Source: a virus (taxonomy: Duplodnaviria; Caudoviricetes). From it: a stretch of 64,000 nt of DNA. The notes under the pieces were generated by a model, which was not told the origin of the DNA, made no database searches, and saw nothing but the letters and a program-made list of their open reading frames with translations. The position numbers and the translations under genes were made by a program. The stretch is taken from positions 32,001 to 96,000 of IMG/VR virus record IMGVR_UViG_2522572155_000001. One strand, given 5' to 3'. Of this stretch, positions 1 to 8,084 are shown piece after piece. How positions within the stretch are numbered: the first letter of the stretch is position 1; every line of letters starts with the position of its first letter.

Positions 1-200
1 AACCAGTCGAGCAGTAGCTCGCCGTACTTCGGTCCCTCCACGTGGGCGACCGGGGCATCCGCGCCCCGGCCACTGCGCACGAACTCCAGCCGGAACCTGC
101 CGTTGCCCACCGAATAGCAGAGCAGGGGGCGGCCCTTGAACTCGCCACGGTACCCGCTCTCGTGACGCTTGAGGTACTTCAGGGGGAAGGTGTCGTCCAT
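1..200 (-). CDS. hypothetical protein, truncated by window start
   Basis: ATG at 200 abuts the ArdC stop; open frame MDDTFPLKYLKRHESGY... runs off the window. Confidence 0.6.
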   Translation of the reverse strand, partial: MDDTFPLKYLKRHESGYRGEFKGRPLLCYSVGNGRFRLEFVRSGRGADAPVAHVEGPKYGELLLDW

Positions 201-1300
201 CACGCAGCCTCTCCGTTGATCGGCTCCTGGGTGTTCTGCTGCACGCCGAGAATGTAGTCGGCGGCCTTCTGCGCGCGGGCGGCGGCCATGACCAGCCACT
301 TGCGGTCCTTGGCCGTCTCGTCCTTGATGGCCTTCGCCCAGCCGCTGAGGTAGGCCGCGCTCTGGTCCAGGTCGCCGTCAATGTTGGCCATGCCGCAGAG
401 GAACGCCGAGCCCATCTCGGCCACAAGCTCCTCCTGCGCATAGGGCTGCCCGCTGCCGAAGCCCGTCCACTGCTTGACGCGGTGCAGGCGGCTCTCGTGG
501 CCGGTCGAGTGCACAAGCTCGTGGAACAGCGTCGCGTAGTACGACTCCTCGGTGCGGAAGTCGCCGCGCTCGGGCATCTGCACGTGGTCGAGGAAGGGCG
601 CGTAGTGGGCGCTGTTGCCGCCGTGACGGAGGCTGGGGGCGTTGGGCATTTCGGTGACGATGGACTCGGCGGCTTCGATCGGAGTGAACTCGACCTCGGG
701 CTCGGCCTCCGGCTCCTCCACGATGCTGGCGAGGTCCAGGTTGTCGCACTGCTCGACGTTGAAGACCTTGAAGTAGGTGAGCAGCAGCCGCTGGACCTGC
801 TTGGGCTTGCCGGTCTTCGGGTCCAGGATGACCTCGCCCGTCTTCGGGTCCTTGGCGTCGGCCCTGAACGGCTTCCAGAGGGTCACGAGGGTGGACTCCT
901 CGCCCTTGATGACGCCGCCCCGGTAGCCCGCCTTGACGGCCTCCATGTATGCCGTCTCGCCCGCCTCATCGTCCGCGTGCCCGTTGGCCTTCAGCCACAC
1001 GGCCTTGGCGCGCTTGGCGGCCTGGTTGAACGTCAGCCAGCGCGGATCGTTGTAACCCATCGAGGCGGCGGCGACGTTGAGGAGGAAGACGTTGATGCCC
1101 CGGTAGGCACGGCCGGTGATCGCGTTGCGCATCTGCTCGATCGGCTGGCCGGGCTTGCTGCTCCAGGGCTTGCGCCAGGGCTTGATGCCCGCGTCGAGCG
1201 CCTTGTTCATGGCCTCGTTGACGGCGACGTAGACGTCAAAGCGCTCGGCACTGGAGCGGCGCTTGCGGGGGGACTTGCGGGAGGTCTTCTTCGCGGCCAT
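200..1300 (-). CDS. ardC: ArdC-like antirestriction protein (ssDNA-binding N-domain + zincin-like domain)
   Basis: PWRKPW, YRGIN, RWLTFNQ, VFNVEQ and HELVHSTGH...EELVAE motifs. Confidence 0.9.
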   Translation of the reverse strand: MAAKKTSRKSPRKRRSSAERFDVYVAVNEAMNKALDAGIKPWRKPWSSKPGQPIEQMRNAITGRAYRGINVFLLNVAAASMGYNDPRWLTFNQAAKRAKAVWLKANGHADDEAGETAYMEAVKAGYRGGVIKGEESTLVTLWKPFRADAKDPKTGEVILDPKTGKPKQVQRLLLTYFKVFNVEQCDNLDLASIVEEPEAEPEVEFTPIEAAESIVTEMPNAPSLRHGGNSAHYAPFLDHVQMPERGDFRTEESYYATLFHELVHSTGHESRLHRVKQWTGFGSGQPYAQEELVAEMGSAFLCGMANIDGDLDQSAAYLSGWAKAIKDETAKDRKWLVMAAARAQKAADYILGVQQNTQEPINGEAA

Positions 1301-1348
1301 GTCGTGACTCCAATCGTGGGGAGTAAAGGGGCGCTGCTTGCAGAGAGG

Positions 1349-1378
1349 ATACTACAGGCTAGGAAAGGGTTACGTCAA
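1349..1378 (-). promoter_or_regulatory. sigma-A-type promoter for ardC
   Basis: TTGACG-N18-TAGTAT. Confidence 0.75.
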
Positions 1379-1402
1379 GCGTACCCGTTACTGCCCCCGA
1401 GG

Positions 1403-1621
1403 CTATGCCGTGGCGCGGGCGACGAGATCGGCGCAGGCGGGGTGCACGAGCATGTCGCCCATCTCGATGTGCTCCACGTCGATGACCATGACCTCGCGCT
1501 GCTTGGCCACCTCGTCGGCGTACTGCACGGCCTCCACGAGCGTGTCGAAACTCGCGTGCGGCCGGAACTGGTCGCCGGGGACAAAGCGGTGATACACGAT
1601 GTTGCGGGCGTAGCGCTCCAT
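1403..1621 (-). CDS. hypothetical protein
   Basis: MERYARNIV... 72 aa, coupled to upstream gene; shorter than the ORF-track call. Confidence 0.6.
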   Translation of the reverse strand: MERYARNIVYHRFVPGDQFRPHASFDTLVEAVQYADEVAKQREVMVIDVEHIEMGDMLVHPACADLVARATA

Positions 1622-1803
1622 CACGAAATCCTTTCGATCTTCCTGTACCCGGCCGAGACGTAACGGCCGGGAGGGGTGGACTCGCCCACCGCCAGCGTCA
1701 GGACCGGCGCGAACGCCTTGCTCTTCTCGAAGTGGGTTTCGTCCACCTCGCGCGGGGGCCGGTTGGCCGTGTAGGTGATCTTGAACGTCATCGAGGACTC
1801 CAT
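1621..1803 (-). CDS. hypothetical protein
   Basis: MESSMTFKITY... fills the gap between neighbours. Confidence 0.5.
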   Translation of the reverse strand: MESSMTFKITYTANRPPREVDETHFEKSKAFAPVLTLAVGESTPPGRYVSAGYRKIERIS

Positions 1804-2108
1804 CGCGTGCCGACCCACTCGCCCGGTTGCGCGACGTTGCGCAGGTGCGTGTCGATGTGGGAGTGAGAGAGGTTGCGGGGCGACGGGTAGACGACCGTCT
1901 CGCCCTGCGAGGTCGTGTGGGCCACCGCGCGCCAGTCGGTCTTGCCGTTGCGGTTGGTCGTGAGGCGCAGGGTCCAGGTCGTCGCGCGGTCGTTCTTGTT
2001 GCGGACCACGAGGGCGAACGGCTCGCCCGTCTCCTTGTCGATGCCCGAGCCTCCCTTGAACCATGTCTCGGGCTCAAGGGAGGTGGTGAACGGGTGACTA
2101 ACAGGCAT
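1788..2108 (-). CDS. hypothetical protein (leaderless)
   Basis: ATG 7 nt downstream of a -10 box. Confidence 0.7.
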   Translation of the reverse strand: MPVSHPFTTSLEPETWFKGGSGIDKETGEPFALVVRNKNDRATTWTLRLTTNRNGKTDWRAVAHTTSQGETVVYPSPRNLSHSHIDTHLRNVAQPGEWVGTRWSPR

Positions 2109-2115
2109 GGATAGG

Positions 2116-2145
2116 AGCTTAGCAGGGGTTACGAGGGTAGGTCAA
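2116..2145 (-). promoter_or_regulatory. sigma-A-type promoter
   Basis: TTGACC-N18-TAAGCT. Confidence 0.7.
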
Positions 2146-2159
2146 CCGTACTGCGAGGC

Positions 2160-2375
2160 TCAGTCCTCCTGCTCGCCGTTGCGTTTCTCGTCTCTCTTCT
2201 GCATGAGGTCGATGACCCGGACGCTGAGCACGTCGAGCAGGTGGTCGTCCCCGTCCATCTCGGCGTCGAGCCTACTCGACTTCAGTTCGGAGTGGTACCG
2301 CCCGCACGAACAGACTGCGACGTAGTAGCCCCTGCCTGCCGGTTCGACGGTGATTGTGTGCTCAGCGTCGGCCAT
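2160..2375 (-). CDS. small hypothetical protein (CxCG...H)
   Basis: ORF track; operon packing. Confidence 0.6.
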   Translation of the reverse strand: MADAEHTITVEPAGRGYYVAVCSCGRYHSELKSSRLDAEMDGDDHLLDVLSVRVIDLMQKRDEKRNGEQED

Positions 2376-2379
2376 GGGG

Positions 2380-2715
2380 CTACCGGATCCGCTTGCCCTT
2401 GCGGTCGAGGTCGCCCACGGCCTGGCCGATGCGCTTGACGCCCGCGTCGGTCAGCGCCCACAGGACGGCGGGGCGGCCGGGCCTGCCGGTCTGCTCGACG
2501 CCGACGCGGCGCACGAGCGCGGACCCCACGTCGGGGTTCTCCAGGTTGAGCATGTAGGCGGGGGTTGTGCCCGCGTCCTTCGCCGTCAGCGGGACGCGCT
2601 TGCCGTTCTCGCCCACCGAGCGGTACAGGGCGAGGAGAACCTGGTTGCGGTTCGGCGCGACGTAGGTGCGCTGACGGACACGCGACTTCGTGGTCGCGAC
2701 GGGAACGGTGGACAT
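2380..2715 (-). CDS. putative winged-helix DNA-binding protein
   Basis: wing-like motif TGRPGRPAVLWALT. Confidence 0.55.
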   Translation of the reverse strand: MSTVPVATTKSRVRQRTYVAPNRNQVLLALYRSVGENGKRVPLTAKDAGTTPAYMLNLENPDVGSALVRRVGVEQTGRPGRPAVLWALTDAGVKRIGQAVGDLDRKGKRIR

Positions 2716-2752
2716 CGTGAGACCCTCCCAGGGCTTCGATTGCGTGGATAGG

Positions 2753-2782
2753 ACCCTATCAACGTCTCGTCGCGTATGTCAA
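2753..2782 (-). promoter_or_regulatory. sigma-A-type promoter
   Basis: TTGACA-N18-TAGGGT. Confidence 0.65.
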
Positions 2783-2805
2783 CCGTTGAGCGTTACACGG
2801 GTTAT

Positions 2806-4047
2806 CTATCTCCGCTTGATGAAGGGGCCGGGTGCCTTGACCCATCCCGCCACCGTTAGGTCCGAGGCGGGGATGAAGGCACGGACGTGGTAGGGCTCCA
2901 TCGGCCCGTTGTTGCGGCACGGTCCCGCGAAGATCACCTCTACGACCTTGCCGAGCACGGGTAGCTCGTCCTCTCCCATGACGGTGCCGATCTCGTTCTG
3001 GGGAATCTCCATGTACTGCCCGGCGCCGTGCTCTTCGGACTTGCCTTCGAGGATGCCCATGTGGGGCTTGTCGAGCCGCACCTGCATGTCCGGCGTGAAC
3101 TCGGCTGCGGCGACGTGGGAGAACGTACCCCCTGCGTTCTGCACGGGGTTGAAGGGATCGGGGACCTTGGCGCCGGGGACGGAGACGGCGTTGGGCTGCG
3201 AGATGCCACCGCCGGGGGTCGTGCCCGGGATCGGTAGCTGCAACTGGTCGACGCCGAAGCCGGGCAGCATCGGCTGCGGCGGGATCACGCCGGAGCCCGG
3301 GGGAGCCATCCCAGCCGGAGCCGGAGCCGGGGCGGGCGCAGGGGACGGCGCAGGGGTCTGCTGAGGGCTCGGGAGGGGTGGAGGGGCGTAACCGGCGGCG
3401 TCGAGGTCTAGCTGCCCCGCAGGCGGCCCGGGAGGGGCTCCAGGGGGCGCGCTCGGAGCGGGTCCCATCTGGCCCTTGGGCAGCGGCCCGTGCTCACTCG
3501 GGTCGTAGTCTTCATCGACCGGCGTGCGGCGCGCCTGCCAGAACGTGGCCAGCACGTGCGAGCAGACGCGTCCCTCGTACTTCTTCCACTTGCGCGTGCG
3601 CTGCCAGGCGTACTGGTCCCAGGGGCATTCGCACTGCCAGCCGGTGATCGTCCACGAGTTGGGGTCGTCGCGGGAGAACTCGCAGTTGTACTCGCCGTGG
3701 TCTCCGATGACGTGACCCACCACCATGTTGCGGTGGTTGCGCAGAACCTGTACCTGCCCGGAGTCGATCAGGCGCTTGGCCTTCGCCATGATGTCGTCCC
3801 AGTGGGACTGCTTGGTCACCGAGCCGGTGATCTCGAACTGCGCGGCCTCGTAGCCGCACTCGGCTAGGGAGACACGGGTGACGTAGAGGGCGACGGCGCG
3901 ATCGTCGGCCGTGCCTCCAAGTACCTTGATGAGGGCGACGCCGGGATCCGTCTCCTCCCAGGAGACATCGACTGCGCCGAGACGGAACACCTTGGAGGGG
4001 AGAGCGGGCATGCTACCCGTTATCGGCCAGATACTGGCGCGCGTCAT
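2806..4047 (-). CDS. SWIM zinc-finger protein with Pro-rich linker
   Basis: CECPW...CSH motif; true start may be ATG at 4011. Confidence 0.7.
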   Translation of the reverse strand: MTRASIWPITGSMPALPSKVFRLGAVDVSWEETDPGVALIKVLGGTADDRAVALYVTRVSLAECGYEAAQFEITGSVTKQSHWDDIMAKAKRLIDSGQVQVLRNHRNMVVGHVIGDHGEYNCEFSRDDPNSWTITGWQCECPWDQYAWQRTRKWKKYEGRVCSHVLATFWQARRTPVDEDYDPSEHGPLPKGQMGPAPSAPPGAPPGPPAGQLDLDAAGYAPPPLPSPQQTPAPSPAPAPAPAPAGMAPPGSGVIPPQPMLPGFGVDQLQLPIPGTTPGGGISQPNAVSVPGAKVPDPFNPVQNAGGTFSHVAAAEFTPDMQVRLDKPHMGILEGKSEEHGAGQYMEIPQNEIGTVMGEDELPVLGKVVEVIFAGPCRNNGPMEPYHVRAFIPASDLTVAGWVKAPGPFIKRR

Positions 4048-4096
4048 GTAGCTACACGTACTGGCGCCTACCCTTCTTCGTCATCGCTTGCCTGCC

Positions 4097-4570
4097 CTAT
4101 ACATCATCGAAGATGATGTTGCACGAACCGCACTCCGCACATCGTCCAGCCTGACCGGTCCCATGCTGCCCTGTCCGTAGCTGCAAGTTCTCGATGCGGT
4201 TATCGGTCTTGTCGCCGTTCTTGTGATGGACCGTCTCATACGATTCGAGCGGCCGACGAAGGTGATTCGCCATCACGTACCGATGCTCTGCGACGTAGCG
4301 TGAGGAGGGACGCTTCATCGCTTCGAGGAACGGCCACTCGTCGGAGGGCATCACCTGAACGTAGCCCGAGTCGGCTAGGTGCCGCCCCCAAATCTCGGGA
4401 GGATCGCCTGCCGCGACGGCGCGCTGCACCGTCTGGAAGTGCACTCCATACCGACGCCCGAGGGCTGTCCATGACGTACCCTCGGCTCTCAGGCGTTTCG
4501 CCTCTCTCCTCTGTTCAGCCGTGAGCTTCTGCTTCCGCCACTTACGCTCGGCTACCTGTTCCTCTATCAC
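4097..4570 (-). CDS. HNH endonuclease with N-terminal HTH
   Basis: YVAEHRYVM...VHHKNGDKTDNRIENL. Confidence 0.9.
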   Translation of the reverse strand: MIEEQVAERKWRKQKLTAEQRREAKRLRAEGTSWTALGRRYGVHFQTVQRAVAAGDPPEIWGRHLADSGYVQVMPSDEWPFLEAMKRPSSRYVAEHRYVMANHLRRPLESYETVHHKNGDKTDNRIENLQLRTGQHGTGQAGRCAECGSCNIIFDDV

Positions 4571-5150
4571 GAGTATTACTCTGCCTGTACGAGCGCGAGT
4601 TGTAGTAGCGCTTCGAGCCGCCGTTGCGCTTGGCGATGAACGAGTTCAGCAGGCGAGTGACGCGGTGGGGACGGTAGTCCAGTACCTCGACCGAGACGTT
4701 GATGTTACGCGCTCTAGACCTCTCGCCACGTGCGTACGGGTGGTTGTGGATGTGGCCGTGCACGTGAATCTCCTTGTGGTCATGCACGAACAGCGGGTAG
4801 TGCGAGAAGGAGACGGTATAGCCCCGGTAGGGCATCGAGAACGGCTTCAGGACGGTGAAGCCGAGTGCCTCGTAGTCCCACTTCTTCTTGTCATGGTTAC
4901 CGAGGATGATGAACTTCTTGCCAGGCAGATTCGGCGTCAGTTCTTCCTTGAACCGGTCGTATCCTTCCTGCCCGCCGAAGAACAGGTCTCCGAGGTGAAG
5001 GATCGTGTCTGAGTCATCGATGGTGCGTTGCCAGCGCTTGACCATCATGACCTCGTGGTCATAGGGGCGACCGCAGAACTCAAGGATACGCTCATGGTAG
5101 AAGTGCGTATCGGAGAGTACGTAGAACGGCGCCTTCAGTGGGGGAGCCAT
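4542..5150 (-). CDS. calcineurin-like metallophosphoesterase
   Basis: SDTH, LGD, GNHD, SHYP, HGHIH. Confidence 0.9.
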   Translation of the reverse strand: MAPPLKAPFYVLSDTHFYHERILEFCGRPYDHEVMMVKRWQRTIDDSDTILHLGDLFFGGQEGYDRFKEELTPNLPGKKFIILGNHDKKKWDYEALGFTVLKPFSMPYRGYTVSFSHYPLFVHDHKEIHVHGHIHNHPYARGERSRARNINVSVEVLDYRPHRVTRLLNSFIAKRNGGSKRYYNSRSYRQSNTRDRGTGSRA

Positions 5151-5215
5151 CGCCCGTTACGCACGGGCGGCCTGACCTTTGCTAGCGTCCTCTCGGACAA
5201 CCCGAAGGGAGGCTG

Positions 5216-5371
5216 ATGGTTCAGCAGGCAACGAAACCAGACCCGGGCTCGGACGACGCGCTCAAGCGCGGTTGTACTTGTCCGCGCCCTGACTCAAGCA
5301 AGCCAGGGACGAACGTCTTCGCCGTGAAGCGCGATTGCGAGGTTCACGGCTGGGCGCGGACGTCCAGCTAG
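5216..5371 (+). CDS. small Cys/His protein (51 aa)
   Basis: RBS GGAGG; MVQQATKPDPGSDDALKRGCTCP...CEVHG; below the ORF-track cutoff. Confidence 0.6.
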   Translation: MVQQATKPDPGSDDALKRGCTCPRPDSSKPGTNVFAVKRDCEVHGWARTSS

Positions 5372-5497
5372 GCGGCTGCTAGGGTTCTAGCCGCCGAGAG
5401 GCGAACTGCTCAGGCCCTGGCCCGGGGAACCGCACACAATACAAGCGGTGGTCTTCAGTGATCCCGGGCCGGGGCAGGGGCGGCTTGCCATAGCGCG

Positions 5498-5839
5498 TCA
5501 CTCCTCGTGCAGCGCCCAAGTGGCGCGCAGGTTCGCCATCATCTCGTCGTAGGTCTCGTAGAGGTCCCACTCCTCGGGGAAGGGACCCCACACCTGCTCC
5601 GGCGCGATGCGCCCATGCATGAGCAGGAGACGGACGCGGATGTTGTCCCCGCCATATCTGACCATCCACCCCTGGCACGCAAGCTCGGTGCCGTCCTTGG
5701 ACCAGTGGCACGCGAAGACGTTGCCCATCTGGTCGGTGCAGGTGGGCTCAAGCTCCTCGGCAAGCTCCATCTTGAAGCCGGGGATCCTGCGCGCGTCGGC
5801 GCCCCTGCGCCAGGGGCAGGTGGGGCAGGGCGGCTTCAC
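5498..5839 (-). CDS. DUF6283-like Cys-rich protein
   Basis: PCPTCPWR...FACH...CQGW. Confidence 0.7.
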   Translation of the reverse strand: MKPPCPTCPWRRGADARRIPGFKMELAEELEPTCTDQMGNVFACHWSKDGTELACQGWMVRYGGDNIRVRLLLMHGRIAPEQVWGPFPEEWDLYETYDEMMANLRATWALHEE

Positions 5840-6112
5840 CTACTGCCCCCCAAGGCGGGCGAACTCGGCCCGTTCGTCGGCGTCCTGGTGCGGATAGCCG
5901 CGCTCGACGCTCGTCCACTCGTCGCCGTAGCGGTACATCGTGACCGGCTCGCCTACGGCCCCCCGCCAGTCGGCGGCCGTGACGAGGACGCATTCGACCT
6001 CCTCCAGGTCGCGCTTGCACGTCGGGCAGTACCAGTCGGCGAATCTGGCGTCGTTGTCGCTGACGAGCCCGTGGTCGGGGCATTGGTATGCCGACTGCGT
6101 GATAACGGGCAT
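5840..6112 (-). CDS. zinc-ribbon hypothetical protein
   Basis: CPDH...CPTC. Confidence 0.6.
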   Translation of the reverse strand: MPVITQSAYQCPDHGLVSDNDARFADWYCPTCKRDLEEVECVLVTAADWRGAVGEPVTMYRYGDEWTSVERGYPHQDADERAEFARLGGQ

Positions 6113-6400
6113 TCAGTAGTCCCTCGGAGTCAGGATGGTGGTGACAGAGCGGTCGGCCTCGGTGATGACGTAGAGCTTGGTGGCGAAGTCGGTGCCGTAG
6201 ACGCTCATGAGGCGGCCGTCGTGCTTCAGGGCGTTCTCGTTCGTGCCTCGGTCCTGCTCGTCCACGTCGCCCCAATCGCCGGAGACGTGCCGGTCGAGGA
6301 GCCCACTGGCGTAGCGCTGGACGTTGCCGTCCGGGTCCAGGCGCTCCATGATCTCCTGAGCGCCCGGCGTCATGACGGTCTGACCGAGGGGGAACATCAC
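6113..6400 (-). CDS. conserved plasmid/phage hypothetical protein (RHxxGDWG family)
   Basis: FPLGQTVMTPGA...RHVSGDWG...ITEADRSVTTILTP. Confidence 0.8.
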   Translation of the reverse strand: MMFPLGQTVMTPGAQEIMERLDPDGNVQRYASGLLDRHVSGDWGDVDEQDRGTNENALKHDGRLMSVYGTDFATKLYVITEADRSVTTILTPRDY

Positions 6401-6936
6401 GGGCACAGCGTACAGTCGGGATGGTCGTAGCCGTCGTTGTGCTTGCCCTGCTCGTGGGCCTCGCGTTCCTCCTGCTCGTGCTGCTCGAACAGGGCGGCCT
6501 CGGCCTCGGCCTGCTCGCGCTCGACGCGCTCCATGTCGGCCCACTTGTCCTGCGCCATCTTGAGCAGGACGGGGAAATCAGCGAGCAGATAAGGACGGGG
6601 CTCCATGCTCCACGTCAGGGGCATGTCCCCGCCGAACATCTTCACCATGACGCTGCATAGCGTCCAGAGGCCGAGCACCACGTCGTGGTTGCCGCCCTCG
6701 CCCTGCTGGTACTCGAAGGCGATGTGCACGTCGAACAGACCTGTGCCGGTCAGGGAGAAGGCGACGGAGGTGAAACCGTCCGCAAGGCCGACGCTGCGGT
6801 CACCGGGGTCGTACTCGAACTCGATGTCCAGGTCGGCCACGCCGGAGATCGTGCGCATGAGGCCCGCGTCGGAGAAGTTCTGCGGGTCGTACCACTCGGG
6901 GAGGGTGAGAGCGTCGGTCATGCCGACTCGCTCCAC
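6397..6936 (-). CDS. hypothetical protein
   Basis: ORF track; overlapping operon junctions. Confidence 0.65.
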   Translation of the reverse strand: MERVGMTDALTLPEWYDPQNFSDAGLMRTISGVADLDIEFEYDPGDRSVGLADGFTSVAFSLTGTGLFDVHIAFEYQQGEGGNHDVVLGLWTLCSVMVKMFGGDMPLTWSMEPRPYLLADFPVLLKMAQDKWADMERVEREQAEAEAALFEQHEQEEREAHEQGKHNDGYDHPDCTLCP

Positions 6937-7220
6937 TCGCCGTCGCGAAGGTAGGACTCAATGTAGGGCGTCATGGCCTCGCTGTCCGCGAGCGTGACGT
7001 TGATCCTGTCAACGCACTCGTGCTCGGGGTCGAAGCGGGCTCCGGTGGCCTTGCTCGTGCCGCCCCTGTACGCCTGGAGAACGCCGCCGCCGGTCGCGGT
7101 GGGGAAGTAGAGGAAGCGGTATCTCCCGGCCTCCACGTTGCGGTCCGTGTTGTGGAATTGCTCGGTCCGGGTGACGGTCACGTCACGCTGGAACCAACCC
7201 TCGGGAAGTGTCGTCGGCAT
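6918..7220 (-). CDS. hypothetical protein (leaderless)
   Basis: ATG 7 nt after -10 box. Confidence 0.7.
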   Translation of the reverse strand: MPTTLPEGWFQRDVTVTRTEQFHNTDRNVEAGRYRFLYFPTATGGGVLQAYRGGTSKATGARFDPEHECVDRINVTLADSEAMTPYIESYLRDGEWSESA

Positions 7221-7227
7221 GGAGAGG

Positions 7228-7256
7228 AGTGTAGCCTACTCCCCCCGGGGAGTCAA
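7228..7256 (-). promoter_or_regulatory. sigma-A-type promoter
   Basis: TTGACT-N17-TACACT. Confidence 0.8.
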
Positions 7257-7258
7257 CG

Positions 7259-8074
7259 CTACCTATCTGTATCCACGTGCTGGAAGGGAGACGTGGTAGG
7301 CACAAGGGTCATCTCGAAACTCTGGCCGACTGTCCACCGGTTGCCTACGTCACCCGAGTATTCCCGCCTGCCCCTGCGGTCCTGTCCACGGATAGATACA
7401 GGGTTGACCTGCTTGGCCTGGTAGCGCTCGTGGGTCGCCACGATGTTGCCGCTGCGGTCTAGCTCGACGTTGACGATCATGTCGTTGTCGTTCATGTCCG
7501 GCCACCAGGGAGCCTGCGCGGTAGCCGTCTGAACCTTGATGAGGGCACCGGTCGGCGCGAGCTTGAAGAAGTCCTCGGCTGCGTCGGGCTCGATGAAGTA
7601 CGTCAGGTAGCCGCGATCAAAGCCACGATAGAGGGGAGCCGGTACGTGCGCGCTGGACGGCTTGACGGCCGCCTTGACGATCGTCCCGTCCGGCGCGATC
7701 CACTCGCCTGGAGCCGTCTGAACCGAGCAGAAGCCGGTACCCCAGGAGAGTGGGTCGACGGCGCGTGTCTGGCCGTAGGCGTCGGCCATGTTGGGGGAGC
7801 GCTGCGCGAGACCGCTCTCTACGTCCTCGGCGGTGTACATGCGCTTCACCAGGATCGGCTGACCGAAGCGGCGGAATGTGTCGTAGACGGAGCGACGGAG
7901 CCGCTTGATGTCGCGGGGGACATTCTCATTCCCTAGGTACTTTGCGGAAGGCTCCGGCCTGATCCCACGCACCCTCGGCGTGAGCGGCGGGAGGGTGACG
8001 GGAGCTTCCGAAGTCCCACCGGGGTACAGCGTGCTTGCCGGAAAGAGTCCGGTAGACGGATAGAGCATCGGCAA
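7259..8074 (-). CDS. putative virion structural protein
   Basis: last gene of a structural operon; function from context only. Confidence 0.5.
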   Translation of the reverse strand: MPMLYPSTGLFPASTLYPGGTSEAPVTLPPLTPRVRGIRPEPSAKYLGNENVPRDIKRLRRSVYDTFRRFGQPILVKRMYTAEDVESGLAQRSPNMADAYGQTRAVDPLSWGTGFCSVQTAPGEWIAPDGTIVKAAVKPSSAHVPAPLYRGFDRGYLTYFIEPDAAEDFFKLAPTGALIKVQTATAQAPWWPDMNDNDMIVNVELDRSGNIVATHERYQAKQVNPVSIRGQDRRGRREYSGDVGNRWTVGQSFEMTLVPTTSPFQHVDTDR

Positions 8075-8084
8075 GCCAGCGCCC

